From: Deltaproteobacteria bacterium
GTDB lineage: Bacteria > Desulfobacterota > DSM-4660 > Desulfatiglandales > HGW-15
Assembly (NCBI GenBank): GCA_019310525.1
Contig: JAFDEE010000019.1
Coordinates: 64,898-128,897 of the forward strand
Direction of reading: 5' to 3'
DNA: 64,000 bases
Below the pieces are notes generated by a model. The model was not told where the DNA came from, did not search any database, and saw only the letters and a list, made by a program, of their open reading frames with translations. Of this stretch, positions 27,306 through 37,057 are shown one piece after another. The translations under genes were made by a program, and so were the position numbers. Positions within the stretch are counted from its first letter, which is position 1. Every line of letters begins with the position of its first letter.

Positions 27306-28234
27306 AGGCCAAAAAACACACGAATGCGGTCTCTCGGATCCAATCGGTGGAGTCCCACCTTTTTTGCCGCGGCGACCGCCTCCTTGTATTCACCGGATGT
27401 CAATCGTCGGTTGATCCTTTCATCCCCGTGGGCCTCCCCGCAAGGTCTGTATTGATCCATGATATTGACATAAGTGTCACGGGAAATCTCATCTGCGATA
27501 AACCTCATGATCTCCCCGGTTCCCGCAACCCCCCCCGGCATGACTAGATGCCGCACAAGCAGGCCCTTAACGGCAATCCCCTCTTCATCCAAAACCAGAT
27601 CCCCCACCTGTCGATGCATTTCTCGGAGGGCTTCTCTGGCAACAGCCGGGTAATCCGGTGCACGGCAATACCTCTCAGCCCATATCGAATCCCAAAACTT
27701 GAAGTCCGGCATGTAGATATCGAATATACCTTGGAGTAAAGCTAATGCCTCCACCGAATCGTAGCCGCTCGAATTATAAACGAGAGGGACCCGTAGCCCT
27801 TTTTCCACGGCCGCAGGCAAGGCTTCAAGGATTTGGGGAATGACGTGGGTAGGGGTCACGAAATTGATGTTGTGGCATCCTTTTCTTTGAAGCTCTATCA
27901 TCAAATCAGCCATCTGTTGCGCTGTGATGTCGACACCTTCCCGGAGATGACTGATTTCAAAGTTCTGGCAGAAGACGCACAAGAGATTACAGGAACTCAC
28001 GAAGATGGTCCCGGACCCGTATTTCCCGACTAGAGGCGCCTCCTCTCCAAAATGGGCGTTATAGCTTGCTACCCGCGCTTTTCGGCCGGTGTTGCAAATG
28101 CCCCTTTCTCCTTCCAGCCGGTTTACGCCGCAGCATCTCGGGCAAAGCCTGCAGGACTCCAACAACTCCAAGGCTGCCGTGACCCTTTCTTTGAGTTCTC
28201 CATGGCGATATGATTCAAGGTAGGACGGTTCCAT
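27302..28234 (-). CDS. Radical SAM protein (PflX-like)
   Basis: CNLLCVFCQN cluster motif and an additional N-terminal CxxCC cysteine group. A 4-nt overlap with the downstream phosphoesterase gene suggests co-translation. Confidence 0.75.
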   Translation of the reverse strand: MEPSYLESYRHGELKERVTAALELLESCRLCPRCCGVNRLEGERGICNTGRKARVASYNAHFGEEAPLVGKYGSGTIFVSSCNLLCVFCQNFEISHLREGVDITAQQMADLMIELQRKGCHNINFVTPTHVIPQILEALPAAVEKGLRVPLVYNSSGYDSVEALALLQGIFDIYMPDFKFWDSIWAERYCRAPDYPAVAREALREMHRQVGDLVLDEEGIAVKGLLVRHLVMPGGVAGTGEIMRFIADEISRDTYVNIMDQYRPCGEAHGDERINRRLTSGEYKEAVAAAKKVGLHRLDPRDRIRVFFGL

Positions 28235-28297
28235 GTCTTTACTGTTTCATCCTGTTCCAGGATCGGGAAGGGAGACGGCCAAATGGCCGCCTTCTCT

Positions 28298-29002
28298 CTA
28301 TTCCCGGTTGGAGCCGAAGATTCTAAGTAGCAAAAGAAAGAGATTGATGAAATCCAGATATAATCGCAATGCTCCCAAAATTGCACCCTTCCTTGTAATC
28401 GACTCATCCAGGCCATCGGGTCGGGTCAGAGCCATGTTTTTGAGCATTTGGGTATCGTAAGCGCAAAGCCCTATGAATACGAAAACGCCGACATAAGTAA
28501 TAAGGGCACCGAGGGCGGTATTTGCCATGAACAGGTTGACCAGGGAAGCGAGGATAATCCCAAACAGCCCCATGACGAGAAATCCGCCGAAGGACGTGAG
28601 ATCCCTTTTCGTCGTCCATCCATAGATGCTGCAGGCAAGAAAAGTGCCCGAACAGATAAAGAAGGTATTTGTAATGGACTCATGGGCATAGACCCGGAAG
28701 ATAAAGGAAAGTGTAACCCCGTTCAATGCAGAATAAAGAACAAAGAGCCCGGTAGCCGTCCCCGCGCGCAACCGGTGTATATATCCGCTTATAGAAAAGA
28801 CCAGAGCCAGTTCGGCAATGATCAGGAGCAGGAATATACCCCGACTTTGAAAGACCAGTTGATACAGCGTACTACTTGATGAGACGTAATAGGCTACAAA
28901 GGCGGTTATACCCAGTCCCACACACATCCAGTTGTAGACGCTTCTGACGAATTCATTGACCCTTACCTCGACCCTGCTTTGCGGTGCAGCCACCGTTTGC
29001 AT
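28298..29002 (-). CDS. Bax inhibitor-1/YccA family membrane protein
   Basis: Seven predicted TM segments, with N-terminal FVRSVYNWMCVGL and C-terminal LGALRLYLDFINLFL typical of BI-1. Confidence 0.85.
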   Translation of the reverse strand: MQTVAAPQSRVEVRVNEFVRSVYNWMCVGLGITAFVAYYVSSSSTLYQLVFQSRGIFLLLIIAELALVFSISGYIHRLRAGTATGLFVLYSALNGVTLSFIFRVYAHESITNTFFICSGTFLACSIYGWTTKRDLTSFGGFLVMGLFGIILASLVNLFMANTALGALITYVGVFVFIGLCAYDTQMLKNMALTRPDGLDESITRKGAILGALRLYLDFINLFLLLLRIFGSNRE

Positions 29003-29216
29003 GGATTCAAACCTCCTCTCTCTTTTTTGTCTTCATCAATATCGATCAATTTATGGATAAATCTTGATTTTTCAATCCCCTCAAAATCGCTTCCGGAGTG
29101 ATCCGCCCTGCCCGCACTATAATCGAGGCCCTGGTATCATTTTTAATGTCCCATTCTGGGAATGGGAGGACCTTGGGCCTTCGTGCGAAGACTTTAGTTG
29201 GATCTCTTTTTGAGTA

Positions 29217-29341
29217 GGGTTCAAGGATTCAAGGGGTCCAGGGTTCGAGTGAGAAATCGTGTTTTAATGAAAGATGATTTTCACTTGACCCCTTGAACCC
29301 TCGCCCCCTAGGCCCTTAAAGCTATCGGTTTCGGCCGATAG
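29217..29341 (+). repeat. Long imperfect hairpin (TTCAAGGGGTC / GACCCCTTGAA) plus a 57-bp module repeated at 45708-45764
   Basis: GGGTTCAAGGATTCAAGGGGTC (29217-29238) pairs with GACCCCTTGAACCC (29287-29300). The segment 29285-29341, which ends in the small hairpin TATCGGTTTCGGCCGATA, recurs at 45708-45764 with about 85% identity. Confidence 0.65.
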
Positions 29342-29344
29342 TTG

Positions 29345-29457
29345 GTGTCCATCCATAAATGGCCAATTTCCGCAATCTCTGCGTCAGGCTCAAATTTTAA
29401 TCCTCGAAATACTTCAATGTATTCCTGCGGTTAAAATTTTCGCCTTCCTTGACCTTG
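29345..29457 (+). mobile_element. Mosaic MITE-like repeat, copy f (113 bp, truncated)
   Basis: GTGTCCATCCATAAATGGCC...CTGCGTCAGGCTCAAATTTTAATCCTCGAAATACTTCAATGTATTCCTGCGGTTAAAATTTTCGCCTTCCTTGACCTTG. It lacks the right terminus. Confidence 0.7.
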
Positions 29458-29825
29458 CATTCGAGACAGGATTTGCGGGGTTCAAGCAGAGACCGGCATG
29501 GTCTATTCGCCTGGGTCACTCCGCCGTCCATGATTGGTTGAGGCCCCTTTTACATAAAATCAGCAGAAAATGATAGGATAATATGAGGGGATTTTTCAAC
29601 CTTCTCACCCATCGTAGGCATTCAAAAAAGATCATGTTTTTCTTGCGGAAAAGACCGATAACATATTCCTTGCCGAGGTTCGACTCGAACCGGAAAAGGC
29701 TGTGGAGGTCCCGGGGTGAATCCGCGTCGCCGCGAATTCATGTTGCCATCCTCGCAGGGTTCTTTTACCATCTCGGGTTGGAACGCCCTGCCGGGTACAA
29801 AGGATACTTGATCGGGGATACCCCA

Positions 29826-31040
29826 ATGAAAAAAGAAAAGCTGATCATTATAATGGTCGGACTCCCAGCCCGGGGCAAATCGACCGTGGCCACCAAACTC
29901 AAGGAAAGCCTGAGTAGTGATGCTCTCCGTGTCAGGATTTTCAACAACGGAGAACTGCGGCGAAAAATGATCCCTGAAAATACCTCCTATGCCCGCTTCT
30001 TCGACCCTGACAACAAGGAGGGGGTTTCGTTGAGAGAAAAGATCGGCCGTATCAATGTTCAAAGAGCCAGAACGTTTCTTCGGGGAAAAGGGAATATCGC
30101 CATTCTGGATGCCACCCATGTCAGCAGGGAACGGAGAAAACTGGTCCAGGCCCTTTTGGGGGGGTACCCTATCCTTTTCATCGAATGCATCAACGAAAAC
30201 AAGGAGATCCTGGATGCCAGCATCCTGCGGAAAATCGACATGGCGGAATTCGGTCATCTCAGCCAACAGGAGGCCATTGAAAGCTTCAAGCAAAGGATCT
30301 CATACTATCAATCCATCTACGATCCCCTGGAAGACGAAACCAATTTTATCAAGTTGGATTCCCTCAACAACAAGATCCTCCAGGAGGAAATCAACGATGA
30401 AATCCCCTATCTGGAACAGATCCGGGATTTCCTGTTGACGGACATGGTGAAGAATCTCTTTCTCATCCGTCACGGAGAGACTTATTTCAATATCGAAGAT
30501 CGGATAGGTGGCGACTCCAGCCTGAGTGCCGCGGGACGCGAACAGGCATGGGCCCTGGCCGAATATTTCAAGACCAAAAAGATTCCCCTGATATTCACGA
30601 GTACCAAAAAGAGAACGATTCAAACGGCGGAACCCATCCAGGCCCTTCAGGAGAGGTGTTCCATAATCCCCTTGGCGGAGTTCGATGAGATTGACAGCGG
30701 CATCTGTGAAAAAATGAGCTACGAAGAGATCAAAAGGGGTCTTCCTCACGTCTATGCCGCCAGAAAACAGGATAAATACAATTACGTTTATCCCGGCGGG
30801 GAAGGCTATGTCACCATGCAGGACAGGATCTACCGGGGGATCAAGAAGGCCCTTTATCTAAGCAATCCTGCAGATAACATAATGATAATCGGACACCGGG
30901 CCGTTAACAGGATGATCCTGTCTCATTTCCTTTATCGCCGAAAGGAGGATGTCCCTTATATCTATATTCCACAGGATCGGTTTTACTACATTTCTTCAAC
31001 CCATGACAGAAAAGTATTTCAACTAAAAAAGTTCAAGTAG
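29826..31040 (+). CDS. 6-phosphofructo-2-kinase / fructose-2,6-bisphosphatase-like bifunctional protein
   Basis: N-terminal P-loop kinase domain (MVGLPARGKST) fused to a histidine-phosphatase domain with LIRHGETYFNIEDRIGGDSSLSAAG. The RIGGDS-LS-G string is the FBPase-2 signature. The ORF-track extension from 29583 is not protein-like. Confidence 0.7.
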   Translation: MKKEKLIIIMVGLPARGKSTVATKLKESLSSDALRVRIFNNGELRRKMIPENTSYARFFDPDNKEGVSLREKIGRINVQRARTFLRGKGNIAILDATHVSRERRKLVQALLGGYPILFIECINENKEILDASILRKIDMAEFGHLSQQEAIESFKQRISYYQSIYDPLEDETNFIKLDSLNNKILQEEINDEIPYLEQIRDFLLTDMVKNLFLIRHGETYFNIEDRIGGDSSLSAAGREQAWALAEYFKTKKIPLIFTSTKKRTIQTAEPIQALQERCSIIPLAEFDEIDSGICEKMSYEEIKRGLPHVYAARKQDKYNYVYPGGEGYVTMQDRIYRGIKKALYLSNPADNIMIIGHRAVNRMILSHFLYRRKEDVPYIYIPQDRFYYISSTHDRKVFQLKKFK

Positions 31041-32081
31041 GCCTTTAATTTTCCTCCACACCTCATCCACTTGGATAAGATCCATGCACGGGTTATCCGG
31101 TCGGACACACTTCACTTGGCGACAGCCGCAACAAGGCGGGTTTTTGAAAATAACTTCTCCCACCGGGCTGTAAGGACGCCACATGTGGGGAAAAGTGGGC
31201 CCGAAAAGGGTGACACTCGGACAATCCACCGCGGATGCGATGTGTGCGGGCGCGGAATCATTTCCCACGAACAAGCGGCACCTTTTGAACAATGCGGCCA
31301 TCTCGAGAAGCGTCAAACGTGTCGAGCTGAAGGCCGGAGAAAACCCCATGTGCCTCTCTACTTCCCTGACGATCCCTTCTTCGTCCGGTCCGCCGATAAG
31401 AAAAATCTTTACCCCGTAAGATTCTCTTAGACGTCTTGCGATTTCTGCAAAACGCTCCGGCCTCCATTGCCTCAACCTTCCTCGTGCCCCCGGATGAATG
31501 GCCGCTGCTTTGAGGCCCTCGGGAGACAGACCAGATCCCTTGATCAACACCTCTACCCTTTTCTCGACATGGGCGGGGATCACGATCCCCATGGTTCTTT
31601 CAAAACGCTCGATTCCCAGGAGCCGAAGGGCCAGGAGTTGATAATCTACGATATGATAGCGGAAAGGATCCGCCTGAATCATACGATTCATGAAAAGGCG
31701 GGAGAGGCGGCTCGACCGGGTATAAGTCACCCGCTCGGGGGCACCGGTCATCAGGGATAGAAAGGCCGCCCGGTCACCGTGGGAATAATCGATGACCAGG
31801 TCATACTTTTCTGACCTCAACTGTTTTAATAACTTTATATGGTATCTTATTGATGATATTAGGCTATTCTTTACTTTCTTTCGATCGTAAAGCCATAACC
31901 TGCCGATTCCGGGATGATGCGCTAAGACCTCTTCCGTACCCTTGTGTATCATCACATCAACGCGAATCCCAGGGGCTTCTTTATAGAGGGTGTGAATTAC
32001 GGGGTACAGGGTCAAGGTGTCCCCGATATACCTAAGCTTTATGATAAGGATCTTCGTTGCCTTTAAAAGTGGTTGGTGCAA
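31023..32081 (-). CDS. Glycosyltransferase family 9 (heptosyltransferase-like)
   Basis: ILIIKLRYIGDTLTLYPV N-terminus and C-terminal GNDSAPAHIA motif. Confidence 0.8.
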   Translation of the reverse strand: MHQPLLKATKILIIKLRYIGDTLTLYPVIHTLYKEAPGIRVDVMIHKGTEEVLAHHPGIGRLWLYDRKKVKNSLISSIRYHIKLLKQLRSEKYDLVIDYSHGDRAAFLSLMTGAPERVTYTRSSRLSRLFMNRMIQADPFRYHIVDYQLLALRLLGIERFERTMGIVIPAHVEKRVEVLIKGSGLSPEGLKAAAIHPGARGRLRQWRPERFAEIARRLRESYGVKIFLIGGPDEEGIVREVERHMGFSPAFSSTRLTLLEMAALFKRCRLFVGNDSAPAHIASAVDCPSVTLFGPTFPHMWRPYSPVGEVIFKNPPCCGCRQVKCVRPDNPCMDLIQVDEVWRKIKGLLELF

Positions 32082-32085
32082 TGAT

Positions 32086-32919
32086 TCAGCGATTCCTCCC
32101 TTGTTTTTGCCGGATTAGTTCATGGAGCTTTGCGTATTTGAAAAAGGATCCCCCCGCGTTCATTAAGGAAATCACAAAACCATCGAATCCATCCAGGAAT
32201 CCCCGTTCAAGAAGATAGGTTCTCAGGAACATCCAGGAACCGTGAAAAAGTGGAGTAAAGGCATGAACCCGCCTTCCACGCTCGAAAAGTTCATTGGCGG
32301 CGATATTGGAGTAGCGTTCCATCTTGGCAACCAGTTCGGAGTAGTTCCTGAAACTGAGGTGTTCGATATGAACGTCAAGGTGTTCCACCCTGCCCCTCGT
32401 TATCCACCTTTCATGAACAGCACGTCCGTCGAATTCCCCTTTTCTCCTGTCCACGAGACGCACAACGGGGTCTGGCCACCAACCGCAATGCCGGATCCAC
32501 TTGTCGTGAAGCAGGTTCTTGCGTTTCAGGCTGAAGGCCGCCACCTCTCCCTGATCGGGCCTGGAAATCACCCTACGAATGGTTTTAGCGGTGGCTTCGG
32601 GGACCCTTTCATCGGCATCCAGGATCAACACCCAGTCATGGCTGCACCGGTCAACGGCCATCTGTTTCTGCATGGAAAAACCCATCCAGGGCTCAACGAA
32701 CACCCGTGCTCCGAAAGATTGCGCGATCTCCCGTGTCCGATCGGTGCTCCCCGAATCAACGACAAGGACTTCATCAGCGAAAGAAAGACTTGCCAGGCAC
32801 CCGGGCAGGCGCTCCTCCTCATTCAGGGTGATGATCGCCACGGAAAGAAGATTTCGGAGGTTCCTTTCATCCATCCTTATAGCCAACTGGGATGGACATT
32901 GTTCTCCAGACGGAGGCAT
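32086..32919 (-). CDS. Glycosyltransferase family 2
   Basis: SVAIITLNEEERL...VVDSGSTDRT...ILDADE motifs. The start is uncertain, with an alternative at 32874. Confidence 0.8.
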   Translation of the reverse strand: MPPSGEQCPSQLAIRMDERNLRNLLSVAIITLNEEERLPGCLASLSFADEVLVVDSGSTDRTREIAQSFGARVFVEPWMGFSMQKQMAVDRCSHDWVLILDADERVPEATAKTIRRVISRPDQGEVAAFSLKRKNLLHDKWIRHCGWWPDPVVRLVDRRKGEFDGRAVHERWITRGRVEHLDVHIEHLSFRNYSELVAKMERYSNIAANELFERGRRVHAFTPLFHGSWMFLRTYLLERGFLDGFDGFVISLMNAGGSFFKYAKLHELIRQKQGRNR

Positions 32920-33068
32920 CCATTCCCGGAAGATGGTTTATATGAAAACCAGGATTTAGACGGGACTGCCATCTTAATGTGATCCCCTTTGTTTTGCAAA
33001 AAAAATCGGGTATAAGGAAACGATTACATATATTTCTCCGCCGGATGCTTTTTTGGGGAGGTCGGGAA

Positions 33069-33569
33069 ATGCCGAGGAGCAGGGAAGGAAGCCCTGAAAA
33101 AAAGATAACCAAGGCCATCATCGATTTGCTCGTGAACGTTCCTATGTTCGACACGCTCACAAGTGATGAGCTTCGGATCGTGACCCGCCACATGAATTTT
33201 ATCGACCTTGAGAAGGGGGAAACCCTTTTCAAGGAAGGAGAAAAGGGCGATTACGTTTGTTTTGTGGTGAGCGGGCATCTGGATGTTTTAAAAGGGGCGG
33301 GCGGTGGAAACTATGTCGTATTGGCCACTCTCTCAAAAGGACGCTCAATCGGAGAAATGGCGGTAATCGACAATTTCCCTCGTTCCGCCACGGTAAAGGC
33401 CCGAGAAAAATCAACGCTTGTCATCCTTACCCGAAAGGGCTTTGATATGATCCTCTCCCAGCATCCCCCTGTCGGGGTGAAAATCCTTAAGGGGATAGCC
33501 AGACTGTTGAGCCAGAACCTGCGTATGACCTCCAGCAGGCTGGTTGACCACTTGCTTCCCTTGAGTTGA
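33069..33569 (+). CDS. Cyclic nucleotide-binding domain protein
   Basis: FKEGEKGDYVCFVVSG...GRSIGEMAVID..PRSATVKA is a canonical cNMP-binding cassette. GGGGAGG lies 8 nt upstream of the start. Confidence 0.75.
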   Translation: MPRSREGSPEKKITKAIIDLLVNVPMFDTLTSDELRIVTRHMNFIDLEKGETLFKEGEKGDYVCFVVSGHLDVLKGAGGGNYVVLATLSKGRSIGEMAVIDNFPRSATVKAREKSTLVILTRKGFDMILSQHPPVGVKILKGIARLLSQNLRMTSSRLVDHLLPLS

Positions 33570-33620
33570 TCGGAAAGGGCGGGGTAAGACCTTACGGTCC
33601 TCATTATCAAGGAGTCCACC

Positions 33621-33962
33621 ATGAAAAGAATAGTTTTTGCCGTTGCTTTCCTGTTGCTCTTGCTTGCAGCGATTTCGCCACTCCGAGCGGGGCCAAAGGT
33701 CCTTTGCGACGTCAAAAAGATCCGGGAGCACGGTCTCCTTGTGACCTTTTCATGGAAGGTAAAGGTGAAGGCGGATCACCCAAGACAGGCATGCGACCTG
33801 ATCCTTTCATTTCGAGATCACAACGGAAAGGAGATCTATACGGTAAAAGAAATCGTGCAATTGAAGACCGGGCACAACCAATTTGAGGGGGTTGAGATAT
33901 GCGAGAAGGAGCGCTGGAAAAAAATGGTCAAGGTAAAGGCAACCCTTGATTGCGTCTTTTGA
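33621..33962 (+). CDS. Small secreted protein, unknown function
   Basis: Cleavable signal peptide (MKRIVFAVAFLLLLLAAISPLRA). RBS AAGGAG. No recognisable domain. Confidence 0.5.
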   Translation: MKRIVFAVAFLLLLLAAISPLRAGPKVLCDVKKIREHGLLVTFSWKVKVKADHPRQACDLILSFRDHNGKEIYTVKEIVQLKTGHNQFEGVEICEKERWKKMVKVKATLDCVF

Positions 33963-34035
33963 TGAACCTTTCCATAATAGATTAGTAAAAAGCACCCAAA
34001 AACAAATGGTTAAGCTGTAAATTTCGGGTATGTCT

Positions 34036-35538
34036 TTAGATTTCCTGAATTTCGTATTTGGTTAGAAGTCTTGAAAGATAAGTCCGCTGGATGCCCATGA
34101 TCTTGGCGGCCTTGCTCCTGTTGCCTTGGGTATGCCTCAAGTTGAGGATGATGAACTCCCTCTTGAACCTGTCCAGGGCCTCCTTGAGCGTCAGTCCGAC
34201 TTCCATGGATGGGTTTTGCTTACTGGGCCCGAAGATAGGGAGATCTTCAGGCATGATTTCTCGACCGTTTCCCATTACAACGGCACGTTCAAGGGCATTT
34301 TGCAATTCCCGTATGTTTCCCGGCCAGTCATAAGACAAGATTTTATCCATGGCCTTTTCTGAAACACTGATGTGCTTGACCCCTCTTTCGTGCTTGAAAA
34401 GATCGACAAAATAATTCACAAGGATCGGGATATCTTCCTTCCTCTCCCTCAAGGCGGGCATCCGGATCTGAACAACGTTGAGTCGGTAATATAAGTCCTC
34501 CCGAAACCTTCCTTCCCGCACCTCTTTGCTGATATCCCGGTTTGTCGCGGAGAGGACCCTGACATCCACGCTGATGGGGGTGCTGCCCCCAACGCGGTAA
34601 AAAACGCCTTCCTGAAGAACCCTGAGCAGCTTCGCCTGCATTCCCAGGGACATCTCGCCGATTTCGTCAAGAAAAAGTGTTCCCTTGTCAGCAAGCTCAA
34701 ATTTCCCGATTTTGCGGGTCATTGCCCCTGTAAAGGCCCCCTTTTCATACCCGAACAGCTCCGCTTCCAGGAGGGTTTCAGGGAGGGCGGCGCAATTCAG
34801 GATAACCATGGGTTTGTCTTTTCTAGGGCCTGCTTGATGGATCAGGCGGGCCAGCAGTTCTTTCCCGGTGCCGCTTTCCCCCAGTATAAGGGTGCTCGTC
34901 TTTGAATTCGCCACCTTCAGGGCGTCTGAAATCACCTTCTTCAATGCGAGACTTTCGCCGATGATTTGGTGTTTTTTACCCAGTTCTTCTTTGAGATTCC
35001 TGTTTTCCTGTTGAACCTGATCGATTTTGCGGGCATTTCCGATGGCCATGGCGGCCAGGTCTGCGAAGACGTTCAGAAGCTGCATATCCTCCTGTTTGAG
35101 GGAGCTGCCGTCTTCCTTGTCTATGATTTCAAAGACACCGATAATTTCACCGTTTATCTTCAGGGGCACACATGCGATGGATCGGGTTTGAAAGCCGATG
35201 GATTCGCTGATCTCCTTATACCAGCGTGGTTCTTTGGTCACATCCGGGATCAAGAGCGATTCGCCCTTCTCTGCCACAAAACCAGCAATGCCCTGCCCTA
35301 CATCGAGTTCATACTGCCGGATCTCATCCTTTCTTTCGCCGATCGCTACCTTGAAATAGAGCTTTTTGCTTTTTGGATCCAGGAGAAGGAGCGAACTGGC
35401 TTTGGCCTCCATCATTCGGGTGGCGGTGTCTATGATAAGTTCGAGGAGTCGGTCCAGGTCAAGAACGGACGAGACCCAGGCGGAAATTTCCTTCAGGCGG
35501 TCAATAGTCAAATTCGACATCGGTGCTCTTCTTTTCAT
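34036..35538 (-). CDS. Sigma-54-dependent transcriptional activator with N-terminal GAF domain
   Basis: GAF-like N-terminus. AAA+ core with GESGTGKE, the GAFTGA loop (EKGAFTGA) and RELQNALE. C-terminal Fis-type HTH (QGNRSKAAKIMGIQRTYL). Confidence 0.9.
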   Translation of the reverse strand: MKRRAPMSNLTIDRLKEISAWVSSVLDLDRLLELIIDTATRMMEAKASSLLLLDPKSKKLYFKVAIGERKDEIRQYELDVGQGIAGFVAEKGESLLIPDVTKEPRWYKEISESIGFQTRSIACVPLKINGEIIGVFEIIDKEDGSSLKQEDMQLLNVFADLAAMAIGNARKIDQVQQENRNLKEELGKKHQIIGESLALKKVISDALKVANSKTSTLILGESGTGKELLARLIHQAGPRKDKPMVILNCAALPETLLEAELFGYEKGAFTGAMTRKIGKFELADKGTLFLDEIGEMSLGMQAKLLRVLQEGVFYRVGGSTPISVDVRVLSATNRDISKEVREGRFREDLYYRLNVVQIRMPALRERKEDIPILVNYFVDLFKHERGVKHISVSEKAMDKILSYDWPGNIRELQNALERAVVMGNGREIMPEDLPIFGPSKQNPSMEVGLTLKEALDRFKREFIILNLRHTQGNRSKAAKIMGIQRTYLSRLLTKYEIQEI

Positions 35539-35796
35539 CGAAAAACCCGAAAATTATACAAAATTAAATGGGTTTCAAAGACATCCGAGGAGAATGCACA
35601 GGCTGTATACTTTTTTATCGGTCGGCGCCCCCCTGATCTTTACTCGATCTACGAATTATTTTTCATTCAAACGCAAAAGGAAGTCACAACCTATATGTGT
35701 ATGAAAGTTGACACGTTTTCCCGCCATAACCCCAAAGATCATGAAATCTCTTGTAAATTGAACGATTTTTTTACAACCCTATGGTTTACTATTCAA

Positions 35797-35812
35797 AGGC
35801 ATACAATTTGCA
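35797..35812 (+). promoter_or_regulatory. Sigma-54 (-24/-12) promoter
   Basis: AGGCATACAATTTGCA has GG and GC separated by exactly 10 nt and a perfect TTGCA -12 box. It sits 21-63 nt upstream of the next gene's candidate starts and is divergent from the sigma-54 activator gene. Confidence 0.65.
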
Positions 35813-35874
35813 GCGTTTAGTAACGGTGTTTCATGCCGAATCCTATCCATTCATTCAAAAAAACAGGAAGACCG

Positions 35875-36954
35875 ATGTCTAAAGCGAACCTAATGAAATC
35901 CTTATTAAAAGAAGCTGAGCTTTATAGGAATCAGGGTCTCCTTGAACAATCCAGGGCAAGCTATCTCAAGTTCCTGAAAATTGCCGAGCGAATCCCACCC
36001 TCTGAGAAAAAACACAAGCTGATTCGGGCAGTTCGAGGACGCCTAAAGGAGGTGGAAAAGGAGATCCGCCTGGTAAACGATGAAATCGATCAGCCCCAAC
36101 TTTCAGATGACATCCAGAATCTCATAAAAAAACTGTTCTCTTTTTCGAGAACAAAAGAATCCGCTGTCATCGAAGGGGCCATCGCCCTGGCGAAATTCGG
36201 CCAGTACGAACAGGCCCTGGAAGAGTTCGGCAAGCTCCTCCATAACAGAAGATCCGCCCTGGTAGCGGCCAAGAACATCCTGAGATGCCACCTTTCCCTG
36301 GCCTCGCCCCAGGCAGCCGTCGATCAGCTTGTAAGATGGCAGAATTCCCATTCTCCTTTAACCAGAAAGGACCTTGAAATACTCCGCTCTTTCTTAAGCA
36401 ACCTGTTCGGGAGCATGGACATCGAAGCATCAATCCCGCCGGTTTCTGGATTAGAAGAGGAGGAAGGGCTGGCGCCTTCGGTTCAGACACAAGAAAATTT
36501 CATTGATCCGGGAACCGGTTGGGAAGGCTCTCCCGAGTCGGAGAAAAAAGAGCGAGAGAAAGAGGGCATTGAACCGCACGTCGATGGAGAATTTCTGGAT
36601 ATTGCATCCCTGGGATCGGCCCCTGAGGCAGCCGATATTGATGAAAACGGCAGCCTGGATGATATCCTTGACATTTCATCCTTGAAAATCGAGGTAAAGG
36701 GAAAACCTCCCGGAGAGAACCATGTCGAACTCCCCGTTTCCTTTCAGGTCGGAAACGTGGTAAGCGTAGTGCTGCCGGCTTCGATGAAGGATCTCCTGTT
36801 GGAGTTTCCTGAAGGTAAAGTCCTGCAGGACATGGAAATCCATTCCCCAGTGACCGTTTTCAAGGGGAGCGGAAAGGTTCTGGGGGTCACGGATATCCGG
36901 GGGGGGCCTCACGAGGGAGGACATACGCTGGATATCATTGTATACGCCGCCTAA
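35875..36954 (+). CDS. Hypothetical protein: helical TPR-like N-terminus, acidic linker, beta-rich C-terminus
   Basis: The long ORF has protein-like composition. The start at MSKANLMK has GGAAG upstream, and the alternative ATG at 35833 lacks an RBS. No motif is recognised, and no PilZ RxxxR is seen. Confidence 0.55.
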   Translation: MSKANLMKSLLKEAELYRNQGLLEQSRASYLKFLKIAERIPPSEKKHKLIRAVRGRLKEVEKEIRLVNDEIDQPQLSDDIQNLIKKLFSFSRTKESAVIEGAIALAKFGQYEQALEEFGKLLHNRRSALVAAKNILRCHLSLASPQAAVDQLVRWQNSHSPLTRKDLEILRSFLSNLFGSMDIEASIPPVSGLEEEEGLAPSVQTQENFIDPGTGWEGSPESEKKEREKEGIEPHVDGEFLDIASLGSAPEAADIDENGSLDDILDISSLKIEVKGKPPGENHVELPVSFQVGNVVSVVLPASMKDLLLEFPEGKVLQDMEIHSPVTVFKGSGKVLGVTDIRGGPHEGGHTLDIIVYAA

Positions 36955-37057
36955 TAGGGATATCGGGGTCTACGGATGAACATTCACCCCGATCAAGGCT
37001 GATGTTGATTCTTGAAAAGACAGGATGACAACTAAAATCGGTTGACGACGAATATCC

